Source: Chrysomallon squamiferum (taxonomy: Eukaryota > Animalia > Mollusca). From it: 64,000 nt of DNA. Each line of letters opens with the position of its first letter. The first letter of the stretch is position 1. The stretch is taken from contig CM022673.1 of the NCBI GenBank assembly GCA_012295275.1, forward strand, positions 9,672,001 through 9,736,000. Direction: 5' to 3'. The notes under the pieces were generated by a model that worked only from the letters and a program-made list of their open reading frames with translations, searched no databases and was not told where the DNA came from. Shown one piece after another: positions 53,290 to 64,000 of this stretch. Position numbers and translations under genes: made by a program.

Positions 53290-55697
53290 TCATGTCTTAT
53301 TGGGCCAGCCATACAAACACCATCGATAAAGTTGATGTAAACTTTCTTTATTCTGGGCTGAAAAAAAAAGATAATTTTCAAAAACAGACATTGTTTCAAA
53401 TGTTAAAGATGTTAAAAATAAATGACTAAACAACTAAAAAAAAAAAAACATTAAAAAAAAACCCTATAATTAATAGAATAGTAATAATAATAATAATCTG
53501 AAGAAGAAGAAGAAGCAGAAATTTTTCATAATATTCATAATAAAAGTCAGGTGTAAAAAGAAAAAAAAAAAAAAAAAAAATAATTTAAAAAAATAAAAAA
53601 TAAAAAATAAATAGTGGCAGTAGGTTTTCTGTTAAAACAGTATCAATAAGTTATATACTGGTATCTGACTTTCATAATTTAATTACTTTTAACATACATT
53701 TAGTTTTCATTAATTAATTATTAAATAACAACCTCCCAAATTGAAAAAGTTAAAAAGAAAGAAAAAAAAAAGAACAAAAAAAAAGAGAAAAAATGAAGGA
53801 AAAAAAAAAAAAAAAAAAAACAAAAAAGAAAAAAAAAGTGAAATAAATATATACATACCTAAATAAATAAATAAATACATAAATAAATAAATTCTAAAAC
53901 TATTTAGAAACAGGCCTGGTAGGCTTCATCTTGACATTATTACCCAAAAATTACATGTCATATTAATATTTTTCATTATTTTTACTATTCATTTAGTTTT
54001 TCATTTATTCATTCATTTGTACATCCATCTATCTATCCAGGTGTTGATACTCACAGTCAATGTTCAGTTTAGTTAACAGATGTTGTGTTTCTTCTTTCTT
54101 GCTCATCACCTGTATCAGGTTAATTGACTCAACTTGGGGCAGACTGATGTTGTAGTAGATGAAGATTCGATTGTGAAACGTTGCAAAAATAAAACAAGGA
54201 ACCTCGCCTTCATTTGTCAGACAGTAATGACCTAAGAGTGGATATAAATCTTCTGTAAATTTCTACTTGTGATGAAAAGAAATTTAAGCAGTAAAAAAGA
54301 GTTAAATAAAAATGAGTAAAACAGTGGAAGGGTTGATTTTCTTACGTTTCCAAGAAAAGTGGCATGAGAAGAAATTTATTATTACTACCTGAAATCTGCG
54401 TTCATGTTTTATTGTCAAACTTTATTATTAGTAAAGAGTGAATTTCCTAAAATCATCTGATATAATCACATGAAAGTGCACATAATATATTTTTGCTGTT
54501 TCTTATATCTTTTACAGTTTTAGAAATCTAAAAGTAACCAGTAATTGAGAATAAAGCATTTTGGGTTTAAACATAACTGAAAATTAAAAAAAAATGAAAT
54601 AAAATAAAATATGAAAATATAAAAATGATAAAAGATTTCAAATAAAAAATAATATTTATCCTCTGTTTGTTGGGAATGGTTGATGCAAAGGTGTTTTTGA
54701 CTCAAAGAAAACATATATACACGAGCTGATAACTTTCACTCTCAATTTATTCTAAATGGCAAAAAGCAGTGAATTCATTGATACAGAAATAACCAATTAA
54801 TTGACAACTAATTATGAAAAAAACCATCAAACTCCTTCATTTTGATATTAGAAAATTACCAGCAGTGAATCCGGCAACATTTTCCTGAAAATGATATCTT
54901 ACAACTTCTTTACTGTGATTTACAATATAAATTTGACCATCCCATGAACAGCAGACAACCTCTTCTTTGCCATTTCCCTGAAATTCAAAATAAACATTTA
55001 TATATTATTATACTGAAAACATTTGCATACAAAATAATTCAAATCTGATGTAAAATTTTAAATTTTTCACGAAGAATTATAATTTATTTACTGTGTCAGT
55101 CATTAATAAATTAGAAATTAAAAATACAATTCTTATAAAACAAATGAAATGTCCCCACCAAACAAAACACAATAATAAAAAAAAATAAATAATAAAAAAG
55201 TGAAATCTTTTAATTTTTTATAAATTCATTACATATTATTTACATAGTAGAAGTAATTTTTGAAAACTTGTAATAATATAAAAATAATAGCTTAGATTTT
55301 TTCTTTTCTAAAGAAAACCTTACAGTGACGTCCATTTTGTGCATTGAGAAAAGCTGATGATCAACTTGAAGTGACCATAAGATTTTGTCTGATTCAACAA
55401 GAGACAGGGTTCCTGTAACAAAGAACAAACAAATAATTTATCAATTATTGGTAAACTGGAACCTAGTCTATGGGGTACATACACAAAAAAGTTATTATTT
55501 TCACAAAAGATGCATTCTCTTGCAAAAACACATATGAATTATTCTCAGTATATTATCATACAGTTATTTTTTTTTGTTCTGTAGTAAATAATTATGTCAT
55601 CTACAACTGATTTTATTTAAATTCATTTTTTTATGTACAGTCCTTCCTTTGGAACGGCATTTAGTGATATATCCAATGGCAGTAATCAGTAAAGATA

Positions 55698-55731
<34 letters not shown>

Positions 55732-57707
55732 ATAACATTTTCTTTCATGTATCTTAATTATAAAAAATAAATATTATCAGGACTATAATTATTAATAAAA
55801 ACAGTTACATTGAGATGTCAATAAAACATATTCATTAATTCATGCATTATAATTCATTCATTTTAGTGATATATCATTCATCTAAATGGTAGCTAACAAC
55901 AAATCCATCCTTATTTAACACTCATTTTCTTTCATATCTTTTATGAAAATAAATATTATCTCAAGTAAAATTTCTATTAAAGGATTTTATATTATTATAT
56001 TTATAAAAATAACAGTATAGAGAGATATAAAAAGTAATTAATAATATGCACTCACCATCTAACGTAGCCAGAGCATAATAAGTAGAATGTGGTTCTGTTT
56101 TATCTTTCTTATCTCGGCTGATGCCTCCAATAATAATGGTGGAAACATTTTTTATTCCTTGCTCGACTGGATCCCAGTGGATGATAAATGAGACACTGAT
56201 GTTTGGGTTCATCACTGATGAAAAAACAAGTCTAATTTAAATCCCAGAAATAATTTATTAAAAGATTCCTGACTGATACAGTACTGAAATCTAAATAAAA
56301 TGGATTCTTATTCCATTTAATATATAGCCCAAATTTAGAATAAATCTATAAACGACGGGTTTTCTTTTTTGCTTTACCATAGTTTATTAAATAATACATT
56401 ATTTTAATTTTTTAATAATAATTTCTTAAATAATACATGATAATAATTAACAATATTATGTGAAATCCTCCTGGTCCGACACAATAAATGACATAGTGTT
56501 TGTGTGTTTATATGATGATGATACAGAATAGATTTAAATTTATTATTTAAGGTACATACAGTTCTTCAGTTGTGCTATCAGAATGACAGTGTGGATCTTG
56601 TAGAAGGGTGACAAATGTTCCCCCAGGTTGAGAAGCCATCAACTCAGACTGTCCCTTCTGACTGTGATTCACTGTAATAGTACCAATCTGAAAATATCAT
56701 TAAATTATTAATTGTTGCAGAAACTTACAAAGTGTTTTATAAAAGTAAAAAACAACAAAAAAAACAACAACATAATAATGGTCTGTTATTCAAAATGAAC
56801 TTGAAAATTAAATGTCTGTTCTCCAACTAAATCTTCAACCTTAATACAATCATACACAGTGATCTCCCCTTCCTGAATGGTGTGTCCAGCCCAGATGGGC
56901 AGATGTTGTTGTTAAAAGTTTCCCAACTAAACAAATAAACAAACAAACAAACAAAACAACCTCCCACCCCAACCAAAAAAAAAAATAAAGATATAAAAAA
57001 TAACAATAAATATAAAATAAAAATAAAAATTATATAAAAGATGCACCCTAGATTAATAGAAAAAAAAAAATAATAATATATATATTTTTTTTATTTACCT
57101 GTCCTGCAAGCTGCCATTGTTGTAACTGTAAAATTCTGCCAGAAGTGTAAGGTTCTCCTTCAGGAGCAGACAACCAGCGAAAGATTCTCACAACCCTGTC
57201 AGAGTAACCCACCACCATTTCTGTCTGACCATCATTGTCTGAATAAAATACAAACATAAATATTTTATAACATTTATCTTAATAAACACATATATATATA
57301 TTTCAGATTTATGTTATTACAAGAATAAATAAAAATATTCTATTTGATATTTTAATGCATTAATAAATGAATTTTTAAGACTACATCAGTCTTATTTTGA
57401 TTTGAACAGTTATGCGTGTGTTTCATACACTATGACAAAACCATCTTGCCAATCCAGTAATTACTCACATGGATTAGTACCATGGGAACTAACTGTAAGT
57501 ACCTTCCTAAAGAAAAGGATCAGAAACCAGCAGCCTGGTATGAACAGTTTCAAGATGGTTGACAGTTTATAGAAAGTGTGATTATAAAATGGGTATTATT
57601 CTATTACCTGTATCAGCAATAAGCATAACTCTTCCATTTGCTGGTAGATGCTGTGTGTATGCTGGTTTCATACATCTGTCCCCATCACAGTCATCTTCCT
57701 GTTATCA

Positions 57708-57765
<58 letters not shown>

Positions 57766-59173
57766 TCATACTACCAATATCAACTATAACAATATGCTAT
57801 AATAATAGTATAATTTTAATAATAATAATTAAAATTAAACAAAAAAATTATAATATTATAATCAAAAAAGTATTAAAAATAACTTTAAAATAAGAAAAAT
57901 TCAGATATAAATGTAACAAATAAGACATCTTCCTTTGATTAAAAAAAGTAAAAGTAAAATAAAATAAATAAATTAACAAAATAACTCAATATTTTTTATT
58001 ACTTGCCTCTAAAGCACCATCAGGTTTGATATCAAATATGTAACACCATCCCTCAGCTGTCAAACAAATCAAATTATTCTGAAAAAAAAAAAAATATAAT
58101 AAAATAAAAATATTTTTAAAAAATTACACACACATATATATATATATATAAGAAGTTTTATTACTAAGTCATAACTTTATTGTTATTGGCATCTAAGTAA
58201 GTTTGGACAAATATAACTTTTGTGAAATTTCTCATATGATGAAAATATAGTCTATTTATTTATATTTATTATTATATTAATATTAATATCCTCATCATGA
58301 TGATGATCATCATTATTTTTGCTATGAGATAATTATTATTATTATTGTTTTTTATGGCTAATACTTCTGTTCATATCAACCTTTCCTCTGTTGCAGAAGT
58401 CTCCAGCTCGTATGCAGGTTATCTGAAAGAACAAGAAAACATAATTAGGATTTGAGAAATAGAACACTGAGGTTGAAGTTTCCTATTTAATAAAATTCAT
58501 ATGATGGTGTTTGCATCAGATTCAGAAATTAATATATATATATATTTATATAGAGAAAGATATAGAATGAGAGAGAAAGAGAGAGAGAGAGAAACTGTGA
58601 AAAATAGAAAAAAACAGACAGATAGAAACTAAATGAGAAAGATTTACATTATCATCATTAAAGACAAAAATTATTTAGAAGAAAAAGAAAAGAAAATTTT
58701 ATAAACTTTTACCATTCCCAAACCAGAACCCTTTCTCCAAGCTAAAGGTTCACTACCCTTAAATAAGAAAAGCTCTCCATCTGTATTTCCAAGTACAAGT
58801 TCAGTTTTCTGAAATAATAAGTTATAATCTTTTACAAAAAGTTAATTTTATATAATTAATATGGTATAATAATAGTAATAATAATATAATTATTGTAATT
58901 GAGAAATGTTTTATAATTTATAAATAATAATTTGAATTTCGGTTGTTTACATTTCAAGTGGTGTGACATTATCTACTAGGTGCAAAGAAATGATCGTCTT
59001 ACAATTATAAAATAGTACATAACAACAAAGGTTAATCATATTTTTATGAAAACACCATATAACATGAATTATCTGCAATAATAAAATTACATAAAATGAT
59101 AAACATTTCACTTAAAAAAAAACATTAAAAAATCCTCCCCAATTACTCTTTATAATAATAATAATAATAATAA

Positions 59174-59209
<36 letters not shown>

Positions 59210-59401
59210 TAATAATAAATATATAAATAAATAAATATTTAGTTTATACTTCACTATAAATATTTCTTTAATTATAGCAGTAACAAGTTTTTTCAGCTTT
59301 ACCTCATCATTATCAACATCTCCCAGAATCAAAGCTTGATTCATTATATTACCAGAAAATTCGACCTCTATGTGGTCTACAAGTGCCACAGTTTTCCACA
59401 T
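53290..59401 (-). CDS. ITFG2: KICSTOR complex subunit ITFG2 (FG-GAP repeat protein), about 425 aa after correcting one frameshift
   Basis: 12 exons: 59401-59303, 58808-58713, 58422-58381, 58078-58007, 57698-57608, 57238-57099, 56687-56560, 56214-56056, 55412-55324, 54977-54860, 54231-54055, 53357-53290. Motifs LGDVDND, QHLPANGRVMLIAD, VVGYSDRVVRIFRW, NKNVST, LWSLQVDHQLF and EEVVCCSWDGQ match ITFG2 as I recall it. One extra base lies in the T6 run 56148-56153. Confidence 0.92.
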
Positions 59402-59909
59402 TATGTTTTAATGAGTGATAACAAAAATATCATAGCCACACTGACACTGGTATAAAGTTTACATTCTCATCTTTAGCAAAGAGCGAATAACTACAGGCTT
59501 ATATAATATTTTGATTAAAAACTCCATACCGTCATATATGAAATAAAACTAATTTTACTTCAGTACAAGTACACAAGAATAAATGATGATGCCGGCTGAA
59601 TTTAGCATTTATATTTTCAATTTCTTGAAATAAGGTGATAACAATTATTAATCATTGTAAATAAGTTGAAAATATTTATGTAAAATGCAAATGTATGCCA
59701 TATAAGGGTTTGGCCTTTTAGATCATGACTGAGTTATTCCCCTTCCATATTCTTCTCTAAGAAAAAACAACAAAAATGTTGAAATAGGAAAATGCAAAAA
59801 GTGACAACGTGACAATAATGTTTAAATAGATTTAATATAAACAGATTTACTTTTGCCATTTATATTTTTATTAAAGACTAAAGGAGAATATTTTAAAAAG
59901 ATTTTCAAA

Positions 59910-60673
59910 ATGATGCAAATTTCTGATTTTCAGAGTGAGTATATTTATAATGGAATTAATTAAATGTTCCATTTTTCAAATTTCGGTCTGCTTGACGTGG
60001 CTTTATCACACCTCAGTATATTAATGACTTACGTAAATACTAAGTATTATATTATTTTTGGGTATAAAATGATTGTATTTTTCTTTTCTATATTCTGTTT
60101 TATACAGTAGTCGAGGAAACAATAGAAAAACTCGCCCAGTTTTAATTTTTCCACCCTTAATTTCCATAAGGACTAACTTCACTAAGGCACATAATTCGAT
60201 TACTCATTTACTAAAACGTCAGTTATGAATAGATAATCATAATAAAATAAATAAAGTTAAAATTACAGACATAACGAATTATATATCTTTTTTATTTATT
60301 AAATACTTGACTGCTAAATGATAATATTATTAATAATTAAATAAAACAAAGGAACATTTCTAGTCATTAGAAATAATCAAGTGGATATAATATAATTATA
60401 CAGAGAAATGAGCATCAGTGGTGCTTTGACAATCCAGATATACTCATACTGGTAATGCATAATCAAAACATTCCCCTAAACAAAATAACCAGTAAATTAA
60501 CCAGTTTTACAAATTATGTTATAATAATTTGTGTTACATGTTAGTGTATCCACAGTATGGAACAATTACCAAGAATGAAAGATGTTTATAATTACTTTAC
60601 CTTCATTCAGTGCAAGCATATACTTTCTAATTAATTTACCTTGTATAGTAAAACTGATATTTAAATGAACTGT

Positions 60674-60722
<49 letters not shown>

Positions 60723-62796
60723 CAATAAATAATAAAAACTAATTAAAAGGAAATAAATATTTTTTATTTTTATTATTTTTTAAAATTATCATTAACTGGA
60801 AATGTTCAGTAAAATTTGTTTTAGATAAAAAAAAAAAAGTTTGTTTCTTTAATATGTACCATTGTATACATGTATATATTTTTCTTTCAGAAATTGGTGT
60901 TGGCTTGGCAGGTTTTGGAATAGCATTCCTATTTCTTGGAATTTTGTTTTTCTTTGACAAGGGTTTACTTGCTATTGGAAATGTAAGAAGAAATTTGTTT
61001 CAGATGTATAATAATTATTGTAACACTCACAATGTTGCACATTACCTCTCTCTGACTCCTCTCTCCATTCTCTTTCTGTCACTCCTCAAACCCACTGTCT
61101 CTTTTTCCTATCAAAACAATATTTTTGAAATTTGAAACAGAACATAAAAATACAAGAAAAATAATTACAGATACATATTGTTTTTAACGTATTTTGGTGA
61201 AGCATTAATCAACATATTTTCATCATTATAAAATTTTTTTTTTTTTTTTCAACTGTAAAAAAATTTAATGATGATTCAACTTTAATTAATTTATTCAGTC
61301 ATTCATTTATTTACTGTCTAAACATTTTTTTTTTTTTCCTTCAGATACTCTTTGTTTCTGGGTTTAGCCTTTGTTATAGGACTAGAAAGGACATTCAGGT
61401 TTTTCTTTCAAAAGCACAAAGTAAAAGCTACAGGTTTCTTCATGGGAGGTATAATGGTTGTCCTTATTGGTTGGCCTGTTATAGGCATGTGTCTTGAAAT
61501 GTATGGATTCTTTCTGTTATTCAGGTGAGCTAAGATTTCAAGACAAATTAATTTCTCTCCGTTTTATTGTGTTCATTTACAGAGAGCATAAATAGATTAT
61601 ATGTTTTAAAACTGACATAAAAGCATAACAATCTATTGTTACTTACATACATGATACACATTAAATTTTGTTGTTATTCCAATATTATTTATATTATTTT
61701 TAGAATTACTTGTGTACTGACAATATAGGCTTTTCTATGAAATATAATAATGATTTTTGTTCCTTTTTTAAGCTTTTAAAACTAAAAATTAAAACTCTTT
61801 ATATTTCCAATTTGATAACTTTTCATTAGAATTTGTTTATGTAAAAAACAAATGGTTGTCTTTGTAAACTTGTGAATTAATCTTTGAGACTTGTAAGGTA
61901 AAATTTTGTCTTTGGTTTTGTTTTCAAGTGGATTTTTCCCGGTTGCAGTAAATTTCTTGAGAAGAGTACCAGTTATAGGCACCATACTGAATCTGCCAGG
62001 AATTAGATCTGTAAGTATATTATATTTACCCTGAAAGATTTGGTGGAATTAAAATTATACTTTCTTTTATTGCCATAAGAATATAATTTTGGCTGCTGGT
62101 ACTTGCTTTTAATTTCATATTTAATATCATTATTTGAACTGACAAACATTGCACCTGTCAATTATTATCATGCTTTGTTAGTATTTTATGATATTTTGTT
62201 AGTCATAATGAACAGTCAGCAGTGACAGATAAACTTTGAGAATGATGCAGAGTATATTAAATTAATAAGACCATTATCTTCATGTAACTATAAAAAATAT
62301 TAGGGTCCTCTTTGGTGAGTGAAAGGCACATTTTCCTTTTCTGTCAAATTTCTGTGGTGATATATCAAAAAAAGTGACTCTATTATTACCACTAGCAGTA
62401 TCTTCAAATTTTAAATAGTCCAGTGATCAGTTTGTGGTAATAAAATTTATATGATAAATCAAATTTGTGCAGTAAATAATAGAAGAGTTTCTGCTATAAC
62501 TGAAAAGAAAAACTCCATGTCAGTGAATGTTATACAATTTTAAAAAGTGATACCAAATTGTTAAACCTTTTTGTCTGAGTATGTTTTATATATTTAATGC
62601 ATTTGTGATCTAGGAGTGTTTTTAAAAAAGTCTGTTGCATTTAATTTACTAAATTATTATTATCATCATCATCACATATGAATATATTATTATTAGTTTT
62701 TTAAATTATTATTATTAGTTTTTAAAATTATTATTAGTTTTATTTTTTATTTTTTAGGTGGCTGACAAAGTTGGAGAATCCAATTCAATGGTATAA
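59910..62796 (+). CDS. GOLT1B: Vesicle transport protein GOT1 (GOLT1A/B family), 138 aa after correcting one frameshift
   Basis: Exons 59910-59934 (MMQISDFQ), 60891-60982 (KIGVGLAGFG...FFDKGLLAIGN), 61345-61524 (GLERTFRFFFQKHK...IGWP), 61929-62010 (GFFPVAVNFLRRVPVIG) and 62758-62796 (VADKVGESNSMV*). One extra base lies in GGGTTT at 61360-61365. Confidence 0.93.
60676..60718. repeat. (CA)n microsatellite in GOLT1 intron 1
   Basis: Directly visible. Confidence 0.95.
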
Positions 62797-64000
62797 CAGA
62801 CATTTTTCTTGTGTATATAAAAATAAAACCATAATTAATTATGCTCATTAATGTTTAGTTTAAGAACAAAATTATTGACAGCATTGTATGGAACAGGCAG
62901 GTTCAGCATCTTTGTTTAAATTCCATCCGTCCTAGTTTTATTTTCATGATTTTGTTAATTTCTCTAACTGGAAACTTAGAAAAAGATGTCAATATATGAC
63001 CATATAAAGATGGTTGCTGAACATTTGGTGATAAATTATAATTATTACCAAATCAAATTTATTTTTCTTTCTTTTTTACTTTTCAAAAGAAAAATCTTTA
63101 TTTTATTTTGTTTTAAAATATTAATAATTTTATTTTCCCATTTCATTTAATAATTTTTAGATCAAAATTATTTATGGTTTCTTCTTCTTTTTTTTTTTTT
63201 TGTGTGTTGCATTAAGCATTCATTCATTCTGTTGTCTTCTGGGACACATCACTGTCTTCCCACCTTCCCATATATTTTTTCCCCACTACTTCTAAATGTA
63301 CCTGTCTGTTAATGGCTGATCAGAAAGCATTATATATTGATGCAGTATCTAACAAATGGTGCTGTTTTGAAAATATTTTGAAAATCACCTAAAAATATTT
63401 TCATCATATAAACTTCAGCAATTAAGAAAGAAAAAAAGAAAAAAACATGAAAAGAATAGTGACAATACACTTTCAAGGCAGTTTTACTATTAAGATGTTT
63501 CCACTTTGGAATATGAAACTAAAAGATTACAGTGCTGTGGATTTTAAAATTATTTCTAACATTTACATGACATTGCAGAGCTTAAACAGTATGTCATTTT
63601 CTTTTAACTGCTGCAATTTGTCAGCACAAATGGCAAAAAAGTTTGAATCTATGCAAATGAAAATGCATATTTAATTTCAGTTTCACTTGAATGAACTTTC
63701 CTTTTTCCAGTTTATTAATCTGGATGTGCCATTTGATTTATGCCTGCTTCAGTGCTAGTAATTTCTATAAACTAATGTTTTATTTTCTGTTTTATTAGTA
63801 AGTCTTATAAAAACCACTGACAGTCCATAAACTTTCATCTTCTTGATTCATATCAATAGTCAGACATCTAAGAAAATCATTTATACTTTGTTTTGTATCA
63901 ATTATTATTATTTCTATAAAGTCTCTGACACCATATTTTTAACTTAAATGGACATCAGAACACAATTGCTAGTTAGATTGTTCAGGTTGTGGTCAAAAGT

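Noticed and set aside
1-64000. CRISPR arrays, tRNA/rRNA genes or prokaryotic operons
   Set aside because: No repeat-spacer arrays or recognisable structural RNA genes were seen; the DNA is eukaryotic with spliceosomal introns.

Overview
AT-rich animal genomic DNA with spliceosomal introns and many microsatellites. The composition suggests a lophotrochozoan or mollusc, but the taxon cannot be proven from this window. Left half (about 1.7-32 kb): a tandem array of five paralogous 4-exon genes. Each encodes an unrecognised ~292-aa secreted protein with a 17-aa signal peptide, roughly 40% Asp+Glu, poly-Asp tracts alternating with amphipathic helices, and a separately encoded C-terminal tail KR-[variable 8-mer]-RPRRRR-STTQSP. 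The ORF track captures only exon 3 of each copy. The array is interleaved with copies of one MITE-like relic, carries a pogo/Tc2-type MITE with a TA duplication, and is interrupted on the left by a degenerate Buster-type hAT transposon. About 3 kb downstream lies a 2-exon gene for a 154-aa secreted protein with a very basic tail, giving a possible polyanion/polycation secretory locus. Right half: an 18-exon kinesin-14 gene (KIFC1/Ncd-type) with three homologous 168-nt stalk exons and a CCAAT/CHR cell-cycle promoter, then ITFG2 (minus strand) and GOLT1/Got1 (plus strand) head-to-head. ITFG2 and GOLT1 each carry one apparent +1 homopolymer frameshift, probably assembly errors. All gene models were reconstructed by hand from splice signals and reading frame; none has transcript support here.
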